DNA from: Tubulanus polymorphus
Lineage: Eukaryota > Animalia > Nemertea
Direction: 5' to 3'
DNA length: 64,000 bases
Assembly: GCF_964204645.1 (NCBI RefSeq)
Contig: NC_134034.1
Span: forward strand, 1,178,001-1,242,000
A program made the translations under genes and the position numbers. The notes under the pieces are model-generated. The model was not told where the DNA came from, searched no databases, and worked only from the letters and a program-made list of their open reading frames with translations. Positions 24,193-35,980 of this stretch are shown piece after piece (the stretch's first letter is position 1; each line of letters opens with the position of its first letter).

Positions 24193-27100
24193 TATATATA
24201 TATATGTATATATATAAAATGTCATACCTATTTTTACACTGTAGGTACTGGTAGATCAGATTTCGTGAGGTTTCTAATTCATTCTAAATTTAACGCGGAG
24301 AAATTTGATCAATGCGAAAAAATAAAATCTAAACCTACGTCATGAAAAGGAGTGGCATCCGTAGTCATGACGTCTGAAGGAGTGGTACTGGTACTAGCTA
24401 GTTACTTAGATTTCACAGTGGGCTTACATCATGAACAGATTTATGAAGGCATGCGTGGATGATGTCATAGGGGGATTCATGGAAGCAGACTTCTAGAAGT
24501 ATCTATAGATGGAATCAGTAGTAGACAATTTGATGATGTCATAGGGGGATCTATCGGGGCAGACATCTTTTCTAGAAGTGTCTTTAGATCTAATCACTAG
24601 TAGACAATTTGATGATGTCATAGGGGGATTCATGGAGGCAGATATCTTTACTAGAAGTGTCTATTAATCAAATCAATGGTAGACAACTTGATGATGTCAT
24701 AGGGGGAGTTATGTGAAAGCCATATTTTCTGGATGTGTCTATAGATCAAATCACGAGTAGACAATTTGATGATGTCATAGGGGGATTTATGAAGGCAGAC
24801 ATCTTTTCTAGAAGTGTCCATAGATCAAATCCCAGTAGAAAATTTGATGATGTCATAGGGCGATCTTTTGTAGAAGCAGGTTTCAATTCAGATAAAAAAT
24901 TTCAGATGTAAAAGCAATTTTTCCAAGGGGACATTGAGAATCATAGATCAAAAGGATTACTAGTGATTTGATGATGTCATAGGGTGATTTTATCGCGGCA
25001 GACATCTCTTATACGTTTCAAAGAAAAAGCACGTACCGCTGATGAGAGCGACGAGTACTGTTGGTTTCCCGGTGACCGCATTCTGTAAGGTTGTTATATT
25101 GATGTAAGGTATCGTATCCTGAATGACGACCTCGATTCTCTTAAACGGTACCGACACTTTATTATCGGCGTAGACCGTCACCTGGTGGAGACCGGGTGAA
25201 TCGAACACGCGTTCCACGCTAACGTCCTTCCTGCCGGCGCCGATCCGCTGGCGTCCCGTTCCGTCGAAATCCGCGTCCCACACCACGTTGCTACCGGTAA
25301 CGACGCGCGCCCGAATACGCACGACGGCTCCGCGCGACCTCGGCGAATCGGAGGTGACGATCAAACCGGTGATCGGTTCCTCAATTCGTACGGTCAGACC
25401 CGTCTGCTTCGACGAGACGTAATTCGACGCGCGCACCGTCACATTATAAACGCCGACACTATCGAACGTATGATTCGCGGCGGACTCGAAATCGGATTCG
25501 CGTCGCGCGGAGAACGTCGGGTTCGTCGCGTCGTTAAAGTCCCACGCGAATACCGCGTCGGTGCCGCTCGATACCCGCGCCCGACAACGCACGCGCGTTC
25601 CAACCGGCAGAAACTGCGAGAACCGCGATTTAGTGACGACCAGTCCGGCGACTGGGTCCTGCGCGATCGTACGCGCCTCAGTCCGCGTTACGCTGATCGA
25701 ATTCCGAGCCGTAACCGCGACTACGTACGTTCCCGCGTTCGTAAACTCGTAATTCAAAATGGGCGACTTCGTCGTGAAATTCGCGATCGAGATTTCGCCT
25801 TTGATTTGGCTCGCGTCCAATTTTCGAATCGACCAATCGAAAGTCGTCTGCATGGCGGCCATACTCAGTCGAACGGACAGACGGATGTTCGTTCTCGTGC
25901 GAACCGCGTGAGGCATCGACAAGTTCGCACCGACTAAATCCTTTAACACTAAAATCGGACGGGTTAGATTCGCGTATTCGAACTTGCGCGCGACGAGTCC
26001 GCCGCCGCGTTTTAGGTAATCGTCGTTATAAGCGCGGACTTCCGGCCGGAACGGACTCTGAACGGAATACGCGTGTGTAATCTCGACCGAGAGTTTACAG
26101 CCGTGTTCATAACTCGCTACGAGGTGGATAGCACCGCTGACCGCCGGAACCGAGTCCGACGCCGTCTGCCGCTCTTTTAACACGTACATCTTCGTGTTTC
26201 CGTCGCCAAACGAGATGTTCATGATCGAATGCAGACGCGACGTCGTCGTCATCGAGATGACGAACGCGACGTTGTCGTGGATACGCACGGAGTAGTCCTT
26301 GCCGAGTTTCGTGCCCAGCGTCAAATTCGAAATTCGATGAGTCAAAACGATCTGGAAATAAAAAACCGGTCGAAAATATTTCTGAACCCCTTTTCGAGGA
26401 GTCGTAAGGAACCGTGTTTAAGCGATGAAATTTTGGACAATAAAAATATCTTCTGCTTACCACGTGAATGGTTTTATTGATCGTTCCGAAATCATTGGCG
26501 ACCGTCACGAATATATTAAACATGCCTTCTACGGTAAAACGATGATCCTGAATAATATAACGACAAAAACGCGACTGGTAAAATATTCATTCAAATTTCA
26601 AACCTGATAGGGAAAATTTTACTGACACCAAACGACACCGCTGAAGCTAAACTGCGGATACAACTGAAGCTAAACGACATGCTCACGCGAAATAATAAAA
26701 AACATAAATTTTCAGCTGGAAAAAAAGGAAAAACATTCACCAAACCGCTGTAAAAAGCAAGACTAAATTGGAAGCTGAAAATCCATGTAAACATGGCACA
26801 AAAACCGGGACTACAAAATATGAAATTGGTACCAGGCAGTAGATAGTTTGGTGGGGTGGTATCCAGACAGCTGAGAGGAGGATAGCTCCAGGCTATGTGG
26901 TTCTGGGCAGCTGAATGGAGGATAGCTCCAGGCTACAGGTCAGATCTACCTTGACACAACAGTTATCATACCAATACCTACCCAGCAGTATTCTCTCGAT
27001 TAATCTGCCAATAAAATTCCCAAACAGAAAATATATTATTTATTCGTTATAAATCATTCTTAAAATTCGAACAATTGTTTCAATGGGCTAAGACGGGATT

Positions 27101-30100
27101 TACCTCGAGTCACAAAAAAATTCACTTCTACATGAATTGAATTCAAGGTAGCTTAAACCATACATTCATAGAGGAATTAAATCAAATTTTGAGTTGAACT
27201 TTTTCACCAAAAACAGTTTAACTGACGTTACTGTTAACCCTTTCAGTGCATCTACACCGCAGTGCGGTGTATAAATCAGTGATAGATTTTGCTAGTACAC
27301 CTCACTGCGGTGTATTGATGTAATTAGTAATTAGTTTTCATCTCTCTTGAAAAATGGTAGCACCTGTCAAACATAGTGAAATATTAGTAACTAACGATAC
27401 ACCGCGCCGCGGTGTAGACGCACTATAGTGGTATTCCTGTTATTTTACACTCAGGTGGAATTTCTTAAAATTTTCAAATTATCTTCAGCCCTATAGGGTA
27501 TTAATTAGTCAGCACTGAAAGGGTTAAACTGGTTTAATTCATTCACAGTTCTGTATATTTTAGTAAACGTCTCACCTGAGCGTCTGTCAAACACGTTCTT
27601 CCAGCGCATGTATCATTCGGTATTTTAGAATCGGAGACGACCGAAGAATTCTCCGCTGTCGCGTCGGGAAATCGCCATCGAAACGTCAAATTCGTTCCCA
27701 CGGCAACCGAAGCTTCGAAGCTCACCGATTGGTTGATGAAAACGGTGACGGAATCTTTCGGAATCGGGTAATACTTCAACAGAATACAGGACGGCAGCTC
27801 CACGCTGGATGGACGTATTAGATTGACTTGAAGGTCGTGTGGAGCCGGCAAATGGACGGAGATTTGAGTGGACGTGTAAAATGTCGATATGGCGTTTTCA
27901 ACATTCAAATCTGAAACAAAATTAAACTGCCAATCAATTTGATGATGTCATAGGGGGATTTATGGAGGCAGAAATCTTTTCTAGAAGTGTCTATAAATCA
28001 AATCACTAGTAGACAATTTGATGATGTCATAGGGAGATATCAAGAAGGGAGCCATCTTTTCTGCGAGGTTACTAGTAGATAGTTAGATGATGTCATAGGG
28101 GGATTCAGTACGAAGGCGGACATGTTTTTTTTCTATACTCACTGATTGATTTAATTCCCTCGTTGTTAAACGTGTGATGAATCAACGTTCGACCGTCGTC
28201 TGTTCCTTCGTTGACGACGATCGTTTCTTGGTAAACGCTACCCGATACCTCAACGACGACCTTCACCTTCAGGTCGTCTGCCGTCATGTTGCGCACACCT
28301 AATAATAATAAGAATAATTCGAGATTTACTCAGAGAAACGATTTCAATTCAATTTCGGAAGAATCGAAGCATAGACAGAGTAACTGCTAGCGACACCTGG
28401 TGGATCCTCACTTGCCACAAGTGAAATCCTCTATTGCCGCAGTAGTTGATGTCCTACTGCACACTAGCGACACCTAGTGGATCCTCACTTGCCACAAGTG
28501 GAATTTTCTAATGCCGCAGTAGCTGATGTCCTATTCCACACTACTGACCCCTGGTGGACCTCAATTGCCACAGTAGCATTATTGGGCCTGTATAGATAAT
28601 TTTTTACATACCTGAATTCGTGTAATTCATTAATGCGGCCATTTTAACGATGACCTCTATTGACGTGCGTCTGCTGATGAGGATGTGATCCTCGACTGAG
28701 ATTTCACCGGTCAGTATAAACGGACCGCGCGTCGTGTAGATACTGATATACCCGGCGTCACCGCACGGTAAATCAACCAAACTCAACGTCTTTATACATC
28801 TATAAACAGAGAGAGAGAGCTTCATTTATTGTTTTACTTAAATTGTGTCAATCTGAATCAGTTGAGAATCACAATAAGCGACGACGAGTAAAAATACCAC
28901 AATAAATGAATGAATCTAAAAAGTTTATCTTTAAATAAGAAATAAAAGTTGTTTAGATATCGATGGGTTTCTGACAACGACGCAGACTCCTGACCCTAAT
29001 TGTAGAAATGTTACCTTTTTGAACATTTTGAAGTTTCGACGATGTAATTATCGTGAAGGCTGTTCGCGCAATAGCAGGATTTACTGTTCAGGATACCGGC
29101 ATATTTATACCTAGGAAAAAAACAAAGCGGAGAAATCAAAATAGCAATATCATATTAACGTACATCAGAACATTATGAAAAAATATTCAAAGACACTCTG
29201 GGCTCACGCAAAAAAAAAACAGGGGCTAATTTTGAAGGACTCACATCCCAAAACGGCATTTTGATGTCCAAAAAAGGCAATATTAGGATCATTACCGCGA
29301 TGAGGGGGCTATTCAAACTGTACACCCCCAGCCATTGTATGGTGACAATTTTTTTCACTTGTAACAGGACCTGAACTTGTCGCACCCAAAAAGCAAACGG
29401 CATTTTGATGTTCACAAAGGCAAAATATAAAGCGGAGTTGTACAAGTTTCACAAGACCCCCAGGAACCGATTAGAACAAACTTGATCGTCTTACTTTTTA
29501 AGACGGCAGTTTCGAGCGCAGGAGTCGACGTTGATCCCCGCATTGCCACCGATCATTGAACTGATGTTGTATTTCGTCAGTTCAAACCTGTAACAACCGA
29601 CATTCCACTCGCCGCAGGCCACTACAATAACAACAACAAAATCATCATCGAAAATTCAATTTTACAGGGTGGTGACTTTGAAAAAATCCCCTGATTTTTC
29701 CATGAAAACGAAATTCCCCCTGCTGTGAATCAGAGAAATTTCTTGGTTTAAAATGTTAAAATTCATTCATTTTTCATCGAATCACGTATTGGTATGGTAA
29801 CACGTGGGCTGGGTTTCATAGATGTGGAAGAAAGATAGTCCCCGGGAACATTTTGAATCTAGTCAGTTATAACCATGGTTTCTCATTGTTACTACGGTGG
29901 TTGTCACCCAAATTGAGGATTTACCCCTAGGGATAACTTCGATACTCAGTCTATGAAACCGGGCCCAGGTTAAGGATTTATCCCTGGGGATACTTTAGAT
30001 ACTCAGTCTATGAAACCGGGCCCAGGTCAACAGAATTATGTGAATTCCCTGAATTTTTTCCATTTTTCCGAGAAAAAATTAGCTCAATCTAACTCAAACT

Positions 30101-32943
30101 CGATGTAATACCATTTTAATCATTCATTGATCTCAACAGATGTAATAGAAAAATTTAAAACGTATCTGTTTTGAGGAGGGCATTAGGCATTTAAGCTCCA
30201 GGGCCCAGTTCCACAGTTCTGAGTTAAGATTTGACTCTGGGTTAAAAGGCAGATTTATAGGGGGTGGACCGAGTGGATCATAGATCATTAATCGGCCCTT
30301 GTGAAAAATATATATTTAACATTTCGGACTTTATTCTCGGAGGTGTTATAATCATCACAACACTGATTTCAGGATGTTAAGATTCTGAGTTAACTCATCG
30401 AAAATGAACTAATATCATGCAGTACATTTCTTTGTTTTAATTTAGATTTTTATCGGAGTGTATATTAACGTTTCTTGTGGATGTAATATAGTTTAATAAT
30501 GCTAAATATAATTCTCTTGTAAATTAATCAGCCTGATATTGATATGTGAAAAAGGGCATCAACATCGATGAGTAGTACTCTCTCCATTATATATAAACAA
30601 AAATATTGTCAAGCACACAGTTTTCTAGTTGAAGTTGTAAGATAGAAGTTGAAAATAGATCATCTAAATTCAAGATCACGACGTTATTTCAATGATGAGA
30701 AAAGGACAAGATATTCACGTCATGACACTAATCTTATCTCGGAGTTAACTCAGGACTGTAGAACCGGGTCCAGGAGAGTTTCATCAACGTTTGATGCGTA
30801 AAGTAAATTATTCAACACCACAAATCGCTTTCTGAGAAGACAATACAATTTTCATGAAGTCTCGAAGAAATGAAGACCAGTTGTTGTATATATTTCAGTA
30901 TTTAAGCGAACACCAGTTGTTGTATGTATTGTAGTATTGTAAGTATATACAGTGTATTGTATAAATTGTACTGAATTAAGGGAAAGTCTCTTCATACTTT
31001 GAATTACTATAGCCTAGGTACCGGTATAATAAATGTGTACTCATTGGTAATTTACATAAGACTCTGGGTGTGAAGATTGATATAGATAAAATCTGTTCAG
31101 AGGGTTAAAAACACTGGGGTATTAAGGGTAAACGAAATGGGATCAATATTGCATTAGTCAGGGATACCCAGTCTATAAAACCAGGTCCAAGTTAAGGATT
31201 TATCCCTAGGGGTAACTTTGATACCCAGTCTATAAAACCAGGTCCAGGTTAAGGATTTATCCCTAGGGGTAACTTTGATACCCAGTCTATAAAACCAGGT
31301 CCAGGTTAAGGATTTATCCCTAGGGGTAACTTTGATACCCAGTCTATAAAACCAGGTCCAGGTTAAGGATTTATCCCTAGGGGTAACTTTGATACCCAGT
31401 CTATAAAACCGGGTCCAGGTTAAGGATTTATCCCTAGGGATAACTTTGATACCCAGTCTATAAAACCAGGCCCAGGTTAAGGATTTATCCCTAGGGGTAA
31501 CTCTGATACCCGGTCTATAAAACCGGGTCCAGGTTAAGGATATTTCTCTTAAGGATTACTGAAATCCAGTATACAAATATAACTATGCATCTAATATTAT
31601 GAATTTCCTGGGAGGATAAACAATGATTCCAGGAATTCCAGGAATGTTGATAATATTTCTATCACGGTAAATAAAGATTTACATCGTCAGTTGAAATGTT
31701 AATTGGAAATGTCTTTGTGTTTGAGTAATTCGATAGGTCTTGAGTCTGACCCACCACATTCCAAAACCAGCCGTGAAAAAAAAAACTACAATATCCAAAC
31801 ACTGTAGAACAGGCTGTGGGGAAGTGCCAACGGCTACCTGCGACAACAAACAGGTTTCCACTCCAGGATGGAATGCAACTTTCCACCCATTTACAAATCT
31901 CCTGAGTTTTCCCTGATTTTTCAGCCCAATACAAAATTCCCAATGAGTGAATCATTTTTCATTCGAAACAAGTCAATAACATTATATCTGAATTCCATGA
32001 TTTTTCCAGGTTTTTGGCTAAAATTTATCAAATTTCCTGCAGGAGTTTTCTGATTCCCTGAGTTTCCCAGGTTTCCCAGGTCAGCGGCTATAACCCTGTC
32101 ATTTAAGCTCCCGCGACCCTCTATTTAGAATTTGGGAAACAAGAAAAGTGGTTTAAAGCTATCAATCAATCTAGAATTTTTCCTGTGAAAAACGAGTCAA
32201 TAATGAAACACCCAATCCTTGAATTCAATATCGCATTTTCTTCAACATTTCTAGCTTTGCCTCAAAAAAAATTAACCATATTTTCATATAGGTTGAAAAA
32301 ATTGTGGCCCTGTTAGGACGAAAATTACAAGTAATTTCCTGATAACAGGACTGAAAAGAAAACTACAGATTTTGATCATGATTAAAGAATTAGGGCCAGT
32401 TTTTTCATTATTTTGCAGATGTTTGTTTTTATCTAACATGAAAAATATTCATAATTGAAAAAGGAGATAATGAACTAGGAGTTAAGAGTATTAATAATTT
32501 TAGTTTGGGTGGGAGCAAGGTCTGAAAGAGGGTATTGTTTGCGATGAATCGACCAGTCACACCACACCTGACTGGTCACCGCAAGAGCTGAATGAATAGG
32601 CAAGTCTGACACCATTATTGGCCTCAAAACTCGAAACCCACTACACCAACAAAAGGCTGGTTCAATTAGTCACTCACACTTGACCAAACTTTCCAAACCA
32701 TGCTATCAACAAGCCTGACTGGTTTGAAGCAAGACAAACTGCGATCATTTCATTTCTCCATGCAAGCGCTGACCGAGAAGAGCGGCAAGGACAGGAGATT
32801 TTGACATTTTTAACTTTTTAAGAAGAAATTCTCCAAGAAATTGGAAAGAAATGTCATAAGAAATCATCGAATTTTCGATAGAAAAAGCTGAACTTACCGC
32901 AGGACAAGCCGTAGAATAACAGAAAAATAGCCACGGGTTTCAT
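10741..32943 (-). CDS. PKD1L1: Polycystin-1 family protein, PKD1L1-like (signal peptide, WSC domain, multiple PKD repeats, REJ module); 3' end (GAIN/GPS, PLAT, TM channel region) not found in window
   Basis: Hand-built GT-AG exons, all phases consistent (6737 nt): 32943-32898 ([15 protein letters not shown]), 29621-29495, 29110-29015, 28799-28612 (WSC: [30 protein letters not shown]), 28298-28143, 27910-27576, 26547-26461, 26351-25037, 23264-23127, 22860-22656, 22384-22229, 22151-22049, 21597-20939, 20166-19933, 19642-19515, 18998-18771, 18107-17988, 17646-17375, 16957-16806, 16410-16278, 15604-15395, 15217-15039, 14492-14262, 13657-13485, 13144-13004, 12891-12607, 12438-12190, 11736-11594, 11140-11011, 10858-10741. 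PKD motifs include [36 protein letters not shown] motifs include [55 protein letters not shown]. Family assignment is secure; PKD1L1 versus PKD1 orthology rests on recalled similarity. Confidence 0.85.
11300..11435. mobile_element. Short MITE (GGGCTGCAGTT...AACTGCAGCCC); relatives at ~20250-20585 (interrupted) and ~20780-20901
   Basis: Terminal inverted repeats, TAG on both sides and dispersed copies. Confidence 0.6.
18187..18686. mobile_element. 500-bp foldback/MITE palindrome in a polycystin intron
   Basis: ~245-bp inverted arms (TAATGTCTATTTCAACCTGAC... / ...GTCAGGTTGAAATAGACATTA) with a very short loop and TA at both ends. Confidence 0.8.
20270..20546. mobile_element. piggyBac-like MITE (TTAA TSD), copy 1, nested in another MITE
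   Basis: TTAA-CCCTTTCAGTGC...GCGCTGAAAGGG-TTAA with internal ACACCGCNNTGCGGTGT palindromes; opposite orientation to the other three copies. Confidence 0.85.
23385..23893. repeat. 56-bp minisatellite x~9
   Basis: TGTTCAAATTAATCAGTAATCRACAGTAAGACCCTCAGTAACATCTTTCATATTTC. Confidence 0.95.
24114..24216. repeat. (TA)n microsatellite
   Basis: About 50 TA units. Confidence 0.98.
27238..27523. mobile_element. piggyBac-like MITE (TTAA TSD), copy 2
   Basis: TTAA-CCCTTTCAGTGC...GCACTGAAAGGG-TTAA. Confidence 0.85.
31163..31541. repeat. 57-bp tandem array of a MITE terminus x~7
   Basis: GATACCCAGTCTATAAAACCAGGTCCAGGTTAAGGATTTATCCCTAGGGGTAACTTT; the same unit is duplicated at ~29912-30028. Confidence 0.95.
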
Positions 32944-33533
32944 CGTTTCAGCCGATTCGTAGCGACAACATCGTTTTCGACGAGTAATCCGAGAGTTTTT
33001 ATTTCAGGTTTTCGAATTGTTTTCGGCGCTCGCCATGTTGTTTACTGATAAAAGTAGCGCGAGTTTCCCCGGATTCGATCCATCGACGGCGCGGACTAGT
33101 TGTGAATATAGTTCGCATTCGGAGCAACTCAGAATTCAAATTTCCATCAGATTTTATGATAAAATCATGTCTTAATTGTTTTAATGGTATATAGTTTTGT
33201 GAATCGTTCGGAATGTACTCTATCATTATATACAAGAAAGCTATGACCAGTCTCCGCCTTTTTAGTCAAATTCAATTTAAAAAATACCCGACACTTTGCG
33301 CAAAAAAACAGAATCAAGAATGATTCTAAAAAGCAGTCAACAGTTTTCGTGATTAAAAATGTAATAAGACAATATTAAAAACAAAATTAATTGAATTATA
33401 TTGATCGAGTGGTCGATGTTGATTTCGAGAGGCCTTGGATTCATTCGTCGTTATCGCAACATTACCCATACGAATATCAGTACGAGAAGAATTTCGAGTT
33501 TAAGCTGCTGAAATTCGCCTGTTTTTCGAGACG
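32944..33533. promoter_or_regulatory. Bidirectional promoter/5' UTR region shared by the PKD1L1-like gene and TMEM218
   Basis: Divergent ATGs 590 bp apart. CpG-rich, with a YY1-like CGCCATGTT at 33031-33039 and a forkhead core TGTTTAC at 33039-33045. Confidence 0.6.
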
Positions 33534-34698
33534 ATGGCGCTCGTATTGGGTATGGGTGTTGGTATTATCGTACTGGCGTTTATCTGGATATTCTGTCTAT
33601 TCACAGCACTCGCGCTCGCCAGAGCTGAAGGACTCGCCAAGTAAGTTTTCCAAAAAGATCATAGATAAGATGGAAAGCCAAGATAGTAGATGATACACAC
33701 CACCCACCGGCACCCAGGCAAAAATCAGAAATTTTTGTGCCTGGCCCGAGACATTTTTTGTAAATTGAGTGATTATAATTTATAGATAGTTCGAGGTGTC
33801 CCTAATGGTTGTAGCCGACCTACCATAACAATTCTTTTAATCACTTAGGCCAGTGCCATGCCCATCGGCATCATGGAATAGAGAGTGGAAAAATCTGATC
33901 TAGAAAGTTCAGGTGGATATGAAGGCAGTTTGTTGTTTTTCTTACAGGTTTGGTTGCGTTGGTATGTTGCTGTTAGCCGTGGTAATAACGTTGATTTTAT
34001 GGTATATACCTCGAGAGCCGCCTTCAGGAATCATTGAAGACATCAAGGTACGTTCATTGTCCGCATGGTTCCCGAACGATAGTTATAGGACTAATAGTAA
34101 TCAGCAGAAGGCACAGTTCGTTGCTTTAACCCTTTCAGTGCATCTACACCGCAGTGCGGTGTACAAATCGGTGATGGATTTTGCTTGTACACCGCAATGC
34201 GGTGTATTGATGATATCAGTAATTAGTTATTATCTCTTGAAAAATGGCAGCATCTGTCAAACATAGTGAAATATTAGTAACTAACGATACACCGTACCGC
34301 GGTGTAGACGCATTATAGTGGTATTCCCGTTATTCAACACACTAGGGTGGAATTTTAAAAAATTTTCAAATTATCTCCAGCGCTATAGGGTATTAATTAG
34401 TCAGCACTGAAAGGGTTAAAGGCTTTGTGGCTAAATTCATTGTATTTTTGTTCTAGAAGCTTGGGGGGGGGGGGAAGGGACAACAACTGCCTGATAACAT
34501 GTTATGGCTGCTTTGTAGCTATATTTAATAGTTGATAATTTGGATATTTTTCAGATTTACGATTATATGTTCATAGCTCGCGTGACGCTGCTGACGTTTT
34601 TCTCGTTGATGGTATTCGTCGGGACCGGGTTCATGTTGAGTCAATGGTTGGCCGTACCGATCACCGGCAAACCGATGAGAAAAGTGAAAATCACCTGA
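33534..34698 (+). CDS. TMEM218: Transmembrane protein 218 (ciliary transition-zone protein), 116 aa, complete
   Basis: Exons 33534-33640, 33948-34047, 34555-34698 (GT-AG, in phase) give MALVLGMGVGIIVLAFIWIFCLFTALALARAEGLAKFGCVGMLLLAVVITLILWYIPREPPSGIIEDIKIYDYMFIARVTLLTFFSLMVFVGTGFMLSQWLAVPITGKPMRKVKIT. Three TM segments, motifs (VLGxGxG, PRE, KIxD..FIxR, PIxxKP) and length match TMEM218. Confidence 0.9.
34130..34415. mobile_element. piggyBac-like MITE (TTAA TSD), copy 3, in TMEM218 intron 2
   Basis: TTAA-CCCTTTCAGTGC...GCACTGAAAGGG-TTAA. Confidence 0.85.
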
Positions 34699-34794
34699 AC
34701 GTCGAGTTACGAAAACGATCTAGTTTAGAAATACAACGTAACCTCGTTACAACGAACTTTATAACGGACAAGTATATCTATTCATTGTAACTGA

Positions 34795-35018
34795 TACGAG
34801 TGAAATCCCACAATAAATGAATTTAGTGATAAAATGTTTATTTAAAACATATGAGAAATATTTCAGGCGGTTACTACCACCCTTCTTCAGTCTAAAAATG
34901 TCTTCATTCACATTTTTAGACTGAAGAAGGGTGGTAGTAACCGCCCGAAATATTTCTCATATGTTTTAAATAAACATTTTTTATCATTTAATTCATTTAT
35001 TGTGGGATTTTACTCGTA
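34795..35018. mobile_element. Inverted pair of Penelope-like LTR fragments carrying minimal hammerhead motifs
   Basis: ~225-bp near-perfect palindrome. Each arm has CTGAAGA-a-GGGTGGT-agta-ACCGCCY-GAAATATT followed by AATAAA. Flanking 17-bp direct repeat ATTCATTGTAAYTGATA at 34780-34796 and 35052-35068. Confidence 0.6.
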
Positions 35019-35744
35019 ACGTTTTATCACGGATATCGTGATCTGCAATTGATTCATTGTAATTGATAATTCAGAGTGCAGGCCTCTTTTATCGGACTCG
35101 CTTTTCGCCGACTATTCCCGGACTTATAATCTGCTGCCTAAGAATCCAATCAATTAACGCATTCGAGCAATTCCTTCAAATTTCCCTGATTCTTAGCTAT
35201 TTTATGAAATCCCCTTATTTTGTAAAAAAGAGTAATTTCCCGGATTCCTAGGTTAGTGGCGTCATCCTATAGTGTGTTATATCCAGTATGAAATTAGATG
35301 AAGCGTCCAATTTGGGATGAAATTCTAGGATCGTAAAATAAACCGTTATAAATTGTTATACCCGATGTTCCATTGTGCAGTAAACCAACTCAGACTTTTA
35401 ACTATCTTCTGAATTTTTCTGAATTTCTAACGTATTTTCAAATCCTTAACTCGAAACAATTTGCTGGTCCAAGTTTGAGTTATGCGAGGTTTACTGTATC
35501 TGGTCGGTCTTAATCGGTTGAAATAAGGACCTGGAGATTCTTGTAGTTAGAATATTGAACAGTTAGATAAACTGATAGATTGATTTACCGTCCAATTTAG
35601 AATGATAATTAATCAATTTTATAATGTTTTTGTATTTTTATATCTTTGAAATAAATTATATCGTTTCTTTAAAAAAATAAGTAGAAAATTGTTGATTAGA
35701 TTTCAATTCATCGTTATAACTAGTGTTTTAAACAGTCCACATTG

Positions 35745-35980
35745 ATATTGGAGTTTGGAGCAGTCCTTATTGATTGGAGTTAGCCGACTCCTGATTGGAT
35801 TTTGGAGCAGTCCCTATTGATTGGAGTTCCTTTCCTGCAGATTGATTGTTTGGAGCACTCCTTATTGATTGAGTTAGCTGTCCTGATTTATTGGAGTTTG
35901 GAGCAGTCCTTATTGAATGGAGTTAGCTGTCTCGATTGATTGGAGTTTGGAACACTCCCTATTGATAAGAGTAAGCAGTT
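35745..35980. repeat. Degenerate ATTGATTGGAGTT tandem repeat
   Basis: Repeated GGAGCAGTCCTTATTGATTGGAGTT. Confidence 0.8.

Noticed and set aside
24338-24394. Possible small polycystin exon
   Set aside because: Stop codon in the required phase; exon 8 joins exon 9 in frame without it.
25470-26480. Plus-strand ORFs overlapping polycystin exon 8
   Set aside because: Antisense shadows of a GC-rich coding exon.
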